From: Stegostoma tigrinum
Taxonomy: Eukaryota
Assembly (NCBI RefSeq): GCF_030684315.1
Contig: NC_081396.1
Span: 2,914,001-2,978,000, forward strand
Reading direction: 5' to 3'
Length of the DNA: 64,000 bases
The notes under the pieces are model-generated. The model had not been told where the DNA came from and made no database searches. It saw nothing but the letters and a program-made list of their open reading frames with translations. Numbering within the stretch: position 1 is the stretch's first letter; the number at the start of each line of letters is the position of its first letter. The position numbers and the translations under genes are program-made. Below, piece after piece: positions 23,901 to 36,580 of this stretch.

Positions 23901-25179
23901 CTGCGGAGAGAATTCCGGATACATACAACCCATCGAGTTTACATTTTAAAAAAACCCTCATCTCAAAAATGTACCTTCTGCCTTACTTTTGTTTGAATTG
24001 TGCCCCGACTCCCCTACTAGGGTAAATATCTTACGTGTGCCTACCCCAGTCCAGCCCTATAAGTACTTTGTAAGTTTCAACTGACTTCGCTTTCTTCAAA
24101 ACACTGCACAAAAGTTTGCCGGTTCCTTCTTCATTGAGCAACTCCACCCCGTGACAGGTAGTCTTTCATTGCTCTCCCACTGCTAAAGCAATACGTGCTC
24201 TGAGGTAGCGAGACAAAAAAATGCAAGCAGATCATGTTTCTTTTGCTTCTACATGCTGTGGAGATCTAACCATGAAAGCTTTAGGCATGAGCCAACAGTT
24301 GGCACCGGAGAAGATTTTTAAAGTCAGTTTGAGGAGGGAAAAATACTTAGACATGAAAAAAAAGGCCAGATAAATGGTACATAGCACTGGCTTCAAAAGA
24401 GACAAAGCAGGTTATCTTACAGGGCAAAACCTGAAGCAGTGTCAAGGTGCCCGATGTAAAAATGTAACGTAGAATGACATTTAGTTTTCATTTACTATGC
24501 ATTCTATGGTAACTAGTATTCCAATTAGAATTCACTTTCTGAGAGATCAGCACTCGCCTGTCACGCAGTGCGCATTATTTTCCCTTGCACAGTCACGCAA
24601 ATGGCCCTGATGAGTGACAGTTTCGACGAAAGTTCTCTTTATTCAGTCAGTGTGCAGATAGCGAAGGTTCTTCGAGAAATTACTAAGCATTACGTCAGCA
24701 AGTTTTAAGTCCATAGGTTTGTCGTGAGGGCCCTGCTGGATACAAAAATTGTGACAAAGTATAAGTCAGAAAAAGTAGTGTCAAGCGCTTTTCAAAAGTA
24801 AACTAACACCCGACATCATGATATGTAGCAGGTAGAAACTTAACGAAACATGTGAATATGAGAATTTGGAGTAGAGGCAGGCTATTTAAACCCCTGTCTT
24901 CACTGCATCGAAAAAAAATGCATATCTGATCTGTTTTTAGTTGAATTCCATATGTGCATCTAATCCAGATAATCTTTGCGCCCCCTGCCTAAGAAGAAAC
25001 AATCCACCTTGATGTTAAAAGTAATCGCTGATGAAAAAAAAAATAAATGTCGCTTACCGCTCTGAGACAAAAATAAAAGCTTTACTCAGTTCTAAAGAGG
25101 TAACAAATGATCTCAGCGTTGTCGAGGTCTAAGACTGGACGAACAAGCTCGAAACAAAATCTGTTACTCTTAGTGCGAA

Positions 25180-25397
25180 CCAAAAGAACTGCGGATGCTG
25201 TAAGTCAGGATCAAAAACAGAAGTTGATGAAAAGCTCAGCAGGTCTGGTAGCATTTGTGAAGAGCAAATCAGAATTAACATTTCGGGCCTGGTGACGCTT
25301 CGGCAGAACCGGTCACCGGAGCCGAAAGGTTACCTCTGATTTTCTCTTCACAGATGCTACCAGACCTGCTGAGCTTTTCATCAACTTCTGTTTTTGC
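25180..25397. mobile_element. Penelope-like inverted-repeat fragment
   Basis: caaaaacagaagttgatgaaaagctcagcaggtctggtagcat and its reverse complement at 25353-25396. Confidence 0.7.
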
Positions 25398-25699
25398 TCA
25401 CGTTTCGTGCAAATATAGAATGCATTAAAATCTTAAATCGATGTCATCATACCGCTGTGTGAGAAGCTTCTGTTTTGAACAAAGCAAGAAAGCTGTTATC
25501 GAGTCAATAGAAATTATAAATAGCTAGCAAAAAGAGAAGACACCAGATGACAGTGCATCAGCAGTGAAGAGAGAGAATACATAAGGATAGACTGCCAATC
25601 TCGAAGCTTGCTTGATTTTTGATGTGTTTAGATGTTAACTGAGATATTTGAGCTCGGGCCAAATGAGAATAACCTAAATATTTTTTTTTGTAATTGTAG

Positions 25700-26020
25700 C
25701 ATCACAACGCTCTTCTCCAGCCATCAGTCTCCTCTATTCTGTAACAGACGAACTGAAGAGAAAAGGATATGTGCAGCTCGCCTGTCTGATCAGCGGATAC
25801 TATCCAGAAACCATTGAAATAGAATGGGAGAAAAACAACCGTCGTGTAGATTCAGACATTACAACTACGGCCCCGGCGAAAATGACAAGTGGAGACTATA
25901 GTTCTACAAGCTTTCTCCAAGTATCCTTGCGGGAATTGAACGGCAGTAATGTGTACAGTTGCCAAGTAACTCATCCTTCAACCAACACTAATCAGAGAAA
26001 AGAAATTCAATTCGCATCAG
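25700..26020 (+). CDS. IgNAR: IgNAR C1 exon
   Basis: Acceptor ttgtag, 321 nt, phase 1-1. (A)SQRSSPAISLLYSVTDE...VQLACLISGYYPE...YSCQVTHPSTNTNQRKEIQFAS. Donor GTAAGG. Confidence 0.95.
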
Positions 26021-26753
26021 GTAAGGAAACTGGCCTATTTTGCAGGCTTTCAAGTGAATCCTCTCAATATGTTTGTAAAGTATGGATGAGTTGGCATTTT
26101 AATTTATCGATAATATTTGATGTCTTCCTTCACTGGCACAATGAGTGAAGAAGCGCCAGTTCATGATGCAGTGAAAAACGACAATCAAGAGGATGGGAAA
26201 TATTTCAGCAGGAAGAATCAGTGAATCTGAAGCCTTGGCTTAGAAAATAAACAATTATATGTTTGTTACATACAATACAATTATTTTTATAGAGGGAGTT
26301 AATTAGCATTGGATTTTATCATTTAATATTTGAGCAAAAATTGATCAGAACAATCTCGACCAAGCCAGAATGTGAAATATCAGTTGTGAGGACGGATTGG
26401 AGACTTTGTGACTGATCTTCTTGGAGAGAAGTAGGCAGAGAGGAGATTTCAAGAATGTTTCAAGAGCATGATCATGCTGTAGAGAATAGAAGCTGTTGCC
26501 GTTTGGAGAGGAAAAAAGAAATTACAAGAGGGAAGAGTTGTAAAGTGATGTGCAATTGAATTAGTAATGCCGTAAGAAAAACAAACCTAGGAAAACAATT
26601 AGAATATTGTTTCATTTTCAATAATCGCCTGCGCTAATGAAAGACAATGGTTCTCGTTAAATGAGTTGTCAGTGACATTAAATCATAGCCACACCTCAAC
26701 AACCATCATCTTTAAAGCTGGCCGAATCTGAATCTCTGGTTTCTCATTGGCAG

Positions 26754-27056
26754 GTCTCATCGTATTTCTCAGAGACCCTACAGTTAAAGAAACCTGGATC
26801 AATAAGACTGCCACACTGGTGTGTGAGGTAGTTTCTACAATTTCCACTGCGGTTGTGATTTCTTGGACAGTTGATGGACAGGTAAGGACTGAAGGAACTC
26901 AGATTGAAGCGGGGAGAAAGGAAGGAAACCAGTATGTGACCGTTGGGCGTTTAACAAGCAGCGCGGAGGAATGGGATAGAGGCGTTGAATATACTTGCAC
27001 CGCCAACGACAGCCAATCATCAACTGTGGTTACAAAAAGAACAAGAAAGACAAAGG
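26754..27056 (+). CDS. IgNAR: IgNAR C2 exon
   Basis: Acceptor ttggcag, 303 nt. (G)LIVFLRDPTVKETWINKTATLVCEV...EEWDRGVEYTC...KRTRKTK. Donor GTAGGT. Confidence 0.95.
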
Positions 27057-27131
27057 GTAGGTAAAGAAAATATAGCATTATTTTGAATGTCAATGGAGGG
27101 AAGGCTAACGTGGTTTAAACTTCTGTTACAG

Positions 27132-27449
27132 TCATGCCAGTTGTGCCAAAGGTTCGTCTCATGCCTCCATCACCAGAAGAAGTTAAAAATACAAATATTG
27201 CTACGCTTACTTGCCTGATAAGCGGATTCTACCCTGGGAAAATAAACATAACCTGGGAGAAGGATGGAACAGTTTTGCACTCGAACATCAGCAGTTCGCC
27301 CACTGCTTTGGAGCAAGACCAGACTTTCAGCACCGGAAGCCTCTTAACAGTACCGGCAGCGGATTGGAACTCAGGAGCAAGATACTCCTGTGCCGTTTTT
27401 CATCTACCTTCACAATCCAACGAGAAAAAAGTCATTAGAAGCCTGAAAG
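27132..27449 (+). CDS. IgNAR: IgNAR C3 exon
   Basis: Follows a 75-nt intron after C2; 318 nt. (V)MPVVPKVRLMPPSPEE...ATLTCLISGFYP...PTALEQDQTFS...YSC...VIRSLK. Donor GTAAGA. Confidence 0.95.
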
Positions 27450-27755
27450 GTAAGAACAGTTTCTCACATTACGTTCATATGAACAGTGTTGCATTCAGAC
27501 ACGTACGCCTGAATGCAACACTGAAACGTAATGAGGTTGCGACACATGCTAGAAGTATCACGATTTGATTAGTTCCATTAATGTTCTTAATTCACACGCT
27601 GTAATCCGTCAAGTAAATGATTCACGGTCAAAGTATGCATAGCGGCCAACTTTGTGAGAAGTCGATAATGCGCCGGTGAAGATTTGTCTGACTTCGTTGG
27701 GGCAAGTGCTTGGCGATTGCGTGCTGCGTACAAACAGTGCTCAATAGATTCAAAG

Positions 27756-27911
27756 TGATAATAGGAACTGCAGATGCTGGAGAATCCAAGATAATAAAAT
27801 GTGAGGCTGGATGAACTCTCTGATGAAGGGTCTAGGCCCGAAACGTCAGCTTTTGTGCTCCTGAGATGCTGCTGGGCCTGCTGTGTTCATCCAGCCTCAC
27901 ATTTTATTATC
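27756..27911 (+). mobile_element. Short Penelope-like insertion with minimal hammerhead core and target-site duplication
   Basis: 15-bp direct repeat TCAATAGATTCAAAG at 27741 and 27910. Perfect 27-bp inverted repeat 27790-27816 / 27885-27911. CTGATGA-AGGGTCTAGGCCC-GAAACGTC at 27820-27847. Confidence 0.8.
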
Positions 27912-28919
27912 AATAGATTCAAAGACAGGTTGTGCTCCATACAATGTTGAGGAAGAAAAAAATCTGCAAGTCGTCAGCTTTACTCCTTCTTTTCCACTTC
28001 AAATATGTTCAAAGACTGATCGTTAGACGAGTAAAAAAATGAATACGTTATCGGTGATGCACTTGTTCCAAGTTATATATGTCAAACAGCAAAATCTTCT
28101 TCTCCATAGATTCACACAGGGGAAAATAAAACGTCTAAATGAATGGCGCCGGATGCCATGATCTATTACTCAGACCATTTCAATTCTAGCTTCTATTTCT
28201 GGTCATTTACTTTTGCAGAAATGCATGTTTTCGTTAAGGGAGCTGGTGACAGGGAAGCAGTGAAACTTGCTGCAACAGTGGGTGCCTTCCCAAGATTGCA
28301 AAGAGTTTATTGGTGTCAGCTTGTTGTGTTTGGCGGCCTTGCAGTCGGGGATAATGCCCTCAGATTTATCACGCCTTAAGAACAGCCTGCTTTCACTTCG
28401 GATTTTGGCAAAGTGCTTGTAGTGCATTTTCTAATAACAGCCAAAATGAATTTGACCATTGTAGCATATCTTTATATTTTGCGCAAGCAACAACGTCTGC
28501 GCCTGACTTTCTGGAGGATAACCTACAGAAAATATATGGCAGAGTGAAATGAGTGGTGGGAATGTCACAGGATGAACACTGCTATTACAAAGGATCACTG
28601 TTTCTAAATTTCAGCCTCTACAATTGGTGTGTAATTGTGCATAAGAGTCGAGATGTAACAATAGCTGAATACTAAGCTATCCCGTTTGAAGGTGTGTAAT
28701 TTTACAGTTCACACTGTTGGAATTATATCCAAATAACCTGAGAAGAAAACGTAACTTGGTCTTCCAATGACTTGAGGCGTTCCTTTCACCTGTGCTACGG
28801 GCAGAGCTGAATGGATCTCTCCGACTATAACCGCGGATACATGCTGATCTGCAGCTGTGATGACCACTGAGTGGAACACTCAGAGCTGAATAATGCATCG
28901 GAACTGCCAAGGCGCCAAG

Positions 28920-30165
28920 TCATAGAGTCACACAGCCTAGATACAGACCCCAGTCAAACCTATACATGACGACCAGGTATCCTAAAGTGAATTCATCTCA
29001 TTTGCGTGCATTTGGCCCACATCTCTCTAAATGCTTCCTGTTCATGTACCTGTCCAAATTTCAGTGTTGCAATTATAGTGGCTTCTACCATGTACAGTGG
29101 CAGCTGAATCCATACACAAACCACCTTGTGTGTGAAAAAAATGCCCCTCAGGTCCGTTTCAAATCTTTCTACTGTCACCTTAAACTTATGCCACATAGTT
29201 CTGAATTTTCGTCTCCTGGGAAAAGACCTTGGTTATTCACCAAAACTATGCTGCTCATGATTTTATCAATCTCTTTCTGGTCACCCCTCAGCCTATGACA
29301 CTCCAGGGAAATTAGCCCCAGCCCATTCAGCTTCACCCCATAGATCAAACACGCTAAATCTGGCAACATTATTGCAAATATTTTCTGAACCATCTCAAGT
29401 TTTACATCTTTCCTGGAGCAGGGAGACCAGAATTGAACGCTGTGTTCCAAAAGTGGCCTCCCAATGCCCTGTACGGCTGCAAAACGACCTCCCAATTTCT
29501 ATACCAAATACACTGACCAATTAAGGCAAGCGTACCAAACGCCTTCTTCATCATCCTGCCTACCTGAGACTCCACTTTTCAGGAACTATGAGTCTGCAAT
29601 CTAAGGTCATTTTGTTCAGCAATACTCACAGGGACTTAACATTAAGTGTAGAAGTCCTGCCCTAATTTGCCTCATCAAAATGCTGGATCTCGTATTTGTC
29701 TAAAGTAAACTCGATCTGCCACTCTTCGGCCCGTTTGCCAACTGATCGAGATCCCCTTGTACTCTGCGGTAAAAACCAAAATAACTGCGGATGCTGTAAA
29801 TCAGGAACAAAAACAGAAGTTGCTGGAAAAGCTCAGCAGGTCTGCCAGCATCTGTGAAGAAAACGTTCTGAGGAAGTGTCACCAGATCCGAAACATTAAC
29901 TCTGATCTTTTCTTCACAGATGCTGCCAGAGCTGTTGAATTTTTCCAGAATTTTTTTTTGTACTCTGATGTAACTTTCTTCGATACCCACTGCACCAATT
30001 TTGTTGTGGTCTGCAAACATAGTAACCACACAACCGATATTCACATTCAAACTATTTACATAAATGACAAAAAGTAGTGGACTCAGCAGTGACCCTTGTC
30101 GCACAGTGCTGGTCACAGGCCTCCAATCCGAAAAGCAACTATCCACTACCACCCTCTGTCTAACC
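28920..30165 (-). mobile_element. CR1 fragment with a nested Penelope-like inverted repeat (about 29768-29960)
   Basis: - strand peptides FSDWRPVTS...QGSLLSPLLF and RPLLEHSVQFWSP. The RT is interrupted by an inverted-repeat element. Confidence 0.85.
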
Positions 30166-31230
30166 TTATGCTAGAACAAAGAGCGTTAATGAATCTGTTG
30201 CAGATGTTAGGGCCTAGGATCCTACATCTTTATGTTTAATTCAAATAGCATCTTATTTTTCTAAACTCCAGTAGAAATGAGCATAATCTTTCTTTTTTTT
30301 TTCTCTGAAGACAACCATTGCATTCCAAGATTTAGTCTGGTAATCCCTCTCTCAGCTAACTCCCAGTGCGTTCACATTTCTTAAACGGAGTGAGCATACT
30401 CTGCATATTACATCAGATGTAATCCCAAGTCATTTCAAAATTGGAACATAACTTGCTATTTTGTATTCAATTCCTTTCGTGATGAATTATCACATTGTGG
30501 CAACATTATTAATTACTTGCTGCGCCTATTTACCATTTGTAATTTCTGAGGTCATTGCTGTCACTCTGCATCTTGGACGTCTGCAGTCTCTCAGCATTTG
30601 CTCAGTATAAAAGATTGAACCGGAATTAGGCCATTCAGTCTTCAGAGCCTGCTCTGCCATTCGATACGATGATTCTTTCTAATCCAACTCACTATTCTGC
30701 TCCGTCTTTCTTCCCTTATCCTTCTTTCCCTTTTGTCCTCAGAGTCGCTTCGAACACCTTTCGAAAACATTCAACATTTTGGCCTCAGTCATGTTCTGTG
30801 GCAGGAATTTCCAATCGCATATCAGTGTCAATGTGAAAACATTTCTCATAATTAGATGTTTCTATCAGAACTTTGCTGCCAAAACGACAATTTTCCCGAA
30901 CAGGGTCTGTTTGCAACAATATTGCCCAATCACCAAACTAATATGTTGTTTTTATCCTTTTTACTAGCCTTCTTACAGTCTTTTCAAAAGGTAATCCCCT
31001 TGTCTTCTTTGCAGCTTGAGCAAAATTGACAATTATGCCTTCTGACAATTTGTCCAATATCCTTCCTGTAAGTTGTAAAGCATTAGCATTGATTCTTGTC
31101 AGACAACAGATATTATTTATTTCCAACCTGAAAGCATTAATTTATACCTCATTTCCCTTCATTTTAACCAGTCAAACTGTGTTCCATGTTCAGTTGTATT
31201 TCCAGTTTTCCCCAACCTGACAGTCTTTAC

Positions 31231-31514
31231 ATTAGATTCCCTACAGTGTGGAAACAGGCCCTTCGGCCCACCAAGTCCAAACCGACCCACATAGCATCCC
31301 ACCCCTTATAGCCCACACACCCCTGAACATGACGGACAACTTAGCATGGCCCCTCCACCTAGCCTGCACATCTTTGGACTGTGGGAGGAAACCCACGCAG
31401 CTACGGGGAGAATGTGCAAACTCCACACAGACAGTCGCCCGAGGCTGGAATCGAACCTGGGTCGCTGGTGCTGTGAGGCTGCAGTGTTAACCACTGAGCC
31501 ACCGTGCCGCCCCC
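31231..31514 (-). mobile_element. Near-complete HE1 SINE
   Basis: The reverse complement begins GGGGCGGCACGGTGGCTCAGTGGTTAACACTGC (A box), has GGTTCGATTCC (B box), and ends ccacactgtagggaatctaat. Confidence 0.9.
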
Positions 31515-32707
31515 AAGAGTATCAACCAACTATCAAATACTGCCTTAAAACATTAGTTTAATAACTTTCCCTAGTTTCTGGAGAAAGAGAAATAAATAAC
31601 TATTTTTTTCAATTGAGAATATGTAGAGTCCTCATCTCGAAATTAAGAGCAACACGTTGCATTTCTAGGATGCATAATAATTACGTCTTCAGAACTCAGA
31701 ATTTGGAAGGATAGACATTGGATGCGAATGGGAACAATCCAGAAACGCATTCTATAACATTTTGGTCCCTTTTCATCTGGATTAAGTGACAAATTTGGCA
31801 TTGATATGGCAAAATAATGTGATTATGCCCCTGAGTAGAAGACGTTATCCCACTGGAAGAATATAGATGTAACATAAGTGATTACTGAAAGTCTCTAAAT
31901 GATGTATTAGCCATTGCTAAGAGGAAAGCAGTTTCACTGCTCACAGTGGCAACTTCTATTCGTTGTCTCTGGTATTGTGAACATGAGCAATATCAGTTTA
32001 CTCGAACTGTTAAAAATATACTTCTACATAAGAAAACGTGTCAGGAGAAGTTTCCTTTAGGCTAGGTATGATGTCGTAATGCAAGTCTCATTTTATACTT
32101 TTAATTCAATGTGACAACGTATTTCCAACAAAGCTCCTTCGTAAACTGATATTGCATTTCTTTATTCCATCAAAAGAAAAATGTGACCTCAAAAAACAAA
32201 CGAAATCCATGCAGAGTTGATGTGGGAAATCTGAAGTTTAGTCCAAAGGTAATAAAGTCTTTCATTCCTTGAACACAGTCAGACCAATATCAAGACTGAC
32301 ACAGAGCACACTCTGATGATCTTAGCTGGTGCAATCTTGGAATCCGCAGCTTTCGGTAAAAGTAATGAACACCAGCATTGCTTCATTTCATGGGTAGGTA
32401 TGTGTTCAGCACCGGAACTGAAAGAGTCTGCACGATTAACCTCCCAGTCGGAAAAAAAAAGTGACACCCTGTGGAATGTTCGGAAGTGTTACAGGTAACT
32501 TTCTCCATGGAAGCTGGAGCAAGTTAAAAATAAAGCACAGTCCAGGGGAGTCCATCATTTTACAAAGTATTCAAGAAATAAAATGTACTGAGAAGAACAG
32601 TTTAGAGTAAGTGTAATTGTTTCTTGCCTCTTGGAATATGTTGCAGTTGTTTCAAGTTATGTTTTCAAAATATCATCTTAAAATAACTATTCTATTGTTA
32701 TTTCAAG

Positions 32708-33028
32708 CTGATTGTCACAAGGGAGTCATTTCTGTCAATGTTCAGAAGCCTTCATTTGAAGAGATTTGGAACCAGCTGACTGCTACTGTTGTGTGTGAAG
32801 TTCTCTACGTTGATTTGGAAAACATCAGCGTGTCCTGGCAAGTGGATGGGAGCTGGAGGACGGAAGGAGTCGATACTCAGAAGCCTGAGTGGAGAGGAAG
32901 TGAATTGGCCATCATTAGCAAACTCCAAGTCACTACTATGGAATGGAACAGTGGGGTGGAATATGTTTGTTTCGTAGAGAACAATGCATTACCAACCCCA
33001 GTGAAATCATCCACCAGAAAACTCATGG
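32708..33028 (+). CDS. IgNAR: IgNAR C4 exon (includes the N-terminal interchain Cys)
   Basis: Acceptor tttcaag, 321 nt. (A)DCHKGVISVNVQKPSFEEIW...VCE...EWNSGVEYVC...LPTPVKSSTRKLM. Donor GTAAGA. Confidence 0.95.
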
Positions 33029-33976
33029 GTAAGATATTTTGTTGCATATGTTCAACATATCGCCCATGATTTTCGGTCAATGCAACACCGAAGAGTATGC
33101 CATCCGATGTATCACTCTCGTCTTTAGCTTGGCTTGGATACCAACCCCTTCTGCGACGAGCAGGGCTTGTGTCAGTATCAAAAACAAAGTTGCTGGAAAA
33201 GCTCAGCATGTCTGGCAGCATCTGTGAAGGAGAAAACAAGTTAACGTTTTGGGTCCGGTGACCATTCTTCACAGCATTCGGCTTTTATCTTGTGGCAGAA
33301 TTTCTGAGTTTAGAACTTAGCATCTTAAATGCATTCGAAACAACACGGCTTTTTTTAGCGATTTTTCTTGGTTAATTGTTGACGTAAAACAGAACTTTTT
33401 TTGCCGCTGACTTCTCTTAGTCATTTGACACGCACTGTGCTGCCAAATGTTTCCTGCCAAAGAGAGATAGTTATCAAATTTCCAAGGATGCACACCCTAT
33501 CAAAAGAACTGGCAGACGGGCAGAGGAGGCGCAGTTGCCTTGTGAGTAAGAAATGAAATTATATCGGTAGCAAAAATAAGGATAGAGTTAGTAAGCATAA
33601 AATCTGTATGGGTAGAGTTGAAGAACCACAAGGTCCCAGGTAGAACCTCCTGGTAGGAATCAGGAGATGGCTCAGAACTCTGTTGGAGAGTCACCTGACT
33701 CAAAACATCATAAGCTCTGCTTCCCCGCTCCCCGCCCCCCACCCCACAGATGCTGCCAGACCTGCTGAAATTCTCCTGCAATTGTGTGCCTGTGTGTCTT
33801 TGCTTCAGATCTCTTGCAGCCGCCGTTCTTATTTGTGTTATAGATACAAGTAAACTTGCATGGGTTTGAAGCTTTTTTTTAAATGTCCAAACAAAATTCT
33901 TCTTTACAGAGGGCACTGGAAAGTGAGAATTAACCAAAATATAGCATCTGTGTAATAAACTTCATTCTCTTTGCAG

Positions 33977-34359
33977 TTGGACAAATGCATCCTCCTAAAG
34001 TCTACGTTCTGCCTCCATCAGCGGATGAGATTAAAACTGAGAAGACAGCTACTCTCGTGTGCCTCGTCACTGGTTTCTATCCAGCTGATATTTACATTGC
34101 TTGGATGGCCAATGACACGCTTTTGGATTCGGGTTCTCTGAGCCAACCAATCACCAAGAGGGAAGAGCATTCCCATTCCATTGCCAGCAGATTGCAAGTC
34201 ACTGCGGCAGAGTGGAACAGTGGCGTTACTTATTCCTGTTTAGTGGGACACCTGTCCCTTAAAAGAAACTTAATTAGAAGTACAAATAATTTCCAGGGCA
34301 AACCTACATTGTTTAACGTGTCTGTTGTTCTAACTGACAGTTTAAAACCTTGCGTATAA
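33977..34359 (+). CDS. IgNAR: IgNAR C5 exon plus secretory tailpiece
   Basis: Acceptor ttgcag. (V)GQMHPPKVYVLPPSADE...WMANDTLLDSG...YSCLVGH...GKPTLFNVSVVLTDSLKPCV-stop, with the tailpiece NVS sequon and penultimate Cys. Confidence 0.95.
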
Positions 34360-34486
34360 CTACCAGCATTGAATAATTGCTTACTATGGAGTTAAGAATG
34401 CGGTGGTGTTCACAAATGTTTCTGATTCGTCAATCGTCACAGAACTCTCCAGACCAGCAAACACTTGCCCACATTTCAGGGAGGTG

Positions 34487-34648
34487 AATAAATTGAATAC
34501 ATCAATAAAATGTAAATGTGCTTAGAATCTGATGGTAAAGAATTAGCTTAGTCCTGCCTGATACTACAGTAATTCTAAACATATTTTGAAGGGTTTTGTG
34601 ACTTGGTGATGAACAGAAGGTTGTGTTTCATCACATAATTGCAATAAA
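34487..34648 (+). terminator. Polyadenylation signals for secreted IgNAR mRNA
   Basis: AATAAA at 34487, 34504 and 34643, downstream of the secretory stop codon. Confidence 0.7.
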
Positions 34649-35346
34649 TGGTCAATTTAAAAACAAAATCTTCTGATTTCCATATCTATATCTCTGTTTC
34701 GCATGCATTTAATCTTCATGCAGATAATTTATAAATGAATCCATATATGTATGACGTCCATTCCATAGAATATCGCAACACATTTCCATTTCTACTCTGC
34801 TGCCAGATTCAAGTTTGCTTTCAAGGAAGTTATACTGACCCTCGAAGATTTGCGTTTAACCCAAGGGGAATAGGATGAAAGGAAATATTAGTAGGTGACC
34901 AACTCAGATTGGATGGGCCGAAGGGTCATTTGCTGCCCTGTAAACCTCTATTAGAATCAGTTGACCGAAGGTGACTGAAGGTGAGATCATCAGATAACTG
35001 AAAGTGAGGGAACGAGGAGAGTGAGACAATATTGTAATTAGAATTAAGAATGGTCAAGACTGGCCTGCGTTATTTGGAGTTCAAACTAGTTACTGGTGAA
35101 TTTATAGGAAATGGGATGAGTGACAATTTCCCTCCGCTGTGGAAAAGGTTAGAATTAGGTTAATATTAGCGAGCTGTCAATTAAAATGGACGGTGAGGAG
35201 AAATCATTGAGGGTTGGAAATGTCTGAAGTTCTTCCCCAGAAAGAAACAGAGGTGAGTTAATTTATTGCATTAAATTACATTGTTAGATCGATTCACAAA
35301 TAGCAAGGGTGTCAGGTAGGAACGTGGAGTGAAGACATAATGAGAC

Positions 35347-35737
35347 ATAGAACATAGAACAGTACAGCACAGAACAGGCCCTTCAGCCCACGATGTTGTG
35401 CCGACCATTGATCCTCATGTATGCACCCTCAAATTTCTGTGACCGTATGCATGTCCAGCAGTCTCTTAAATGTCCCCAATGACCGTGCTTCCACAACTGC
35501 TGCTGGCAACGCATTCCATGCTCTCACAACTCTGTGTAAAGAACCCGCCTCTGACATCCCCTCTATACTTTCCTCCAACCAGCTTAAAACTATGACCCCT
35601 CATGTTAGCCATTTCTGCCCTGGGAAATAGTCTCTGGCTATCAACTCTATCTATGCCTCTCATTATCTTGTATACCTCAATTAGGTCCCCTCTCCTCCTC
35701 CTTTTCTCCAATGAAAAAAGTCCGAGCTCAGTCAGCC
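35347..35737 (-). mobile_element. Young CR1 3' fragment
   Basis: RLTELGLFSLEKRRRRGDLIEVYKIMRG; (CATAGAA)n tail. Confidence 0.9.
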
Positions 35738-36288
35738 TATATGTCATAATCTTATCAAGTGGCAGAGTTGGTTAAATCAGAAAAATGTCCTTATCCTAAT
35801 AGAATCTGGAACAAAAACAGAAATATTTGGAAAATGTCAGCAGATGTTGCAACATCAGTGTAGAGAAATCCGAGATAATGTTACGGGTTGACTGAAATTT
35901 CCTCTGAACTTACAGACCGTGTGTTTTCCTTTGATCTCATATCAATCACCGGTGTCAAGCACAATAGCGACATCTCGAATCTTTTCTAAGTCTCCTGTGG
36001 TGTGAAATGAGGTCATAGTCTCCCTCCACCCCATTCGCCATTGTCTTGAGCCAACACTCAACAGGCAAAATGAAACCTTAAAGTGGAAGTGAACAGGATT
36101 CAGGACACTTTCTAAAAAGTTCAGGGCAACCACAGCTTGAAGGGACCGACGAATCCCAATGTGGGCAATGTCCTCTTCAAGCTCAGTTGGGAATCGAATC
36201 ATGGGTACTGCACTGCTTTCAAGCGTATTTTATGCAGTACTTCCAACAGAGCTACATCTCCAACATCTAATGGCAGGGCACCATGTAT

Positions 36289-36580
36289 TTTTTTATTCAG
36301 TCACGTTTATGAGAACCTTGTTGGTGCGGTGAGTATGCATTGCCCTTTCCCTCATTATCCAAGGGGCAGTTAAGAGTCAATCACATTTCTCTGAGTCTGC
36401 AGTTTGCAGTTTCCTTTCCCAAAGGGCGTTAGTGACAATCGACAATGGTATCATGGTCACTATTAGACACCTCACTCCAGATTTTTATAGAATTAAAATT
36501 CAAATATCGGCTGCAACTTGATTCAAACTTGGGTCTCTGAATTAACATTCCAGCAATAATACCAGTCGGTATCACCTCCC
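36289..36580 (-). mobile_element. Deu-domain (SacSINE1-like) SINE, decayed
   Basis: ggggcagttaagagtcaatcacatt is the reverse complement of the Deu core seen at about 40.9 kb. Confidence 0.55.

Noticed and set aside
31440-31514. tRNA-like A and B boxes
   Set aside because: They are the head of an HE1 SINE, not a tRNA gene.
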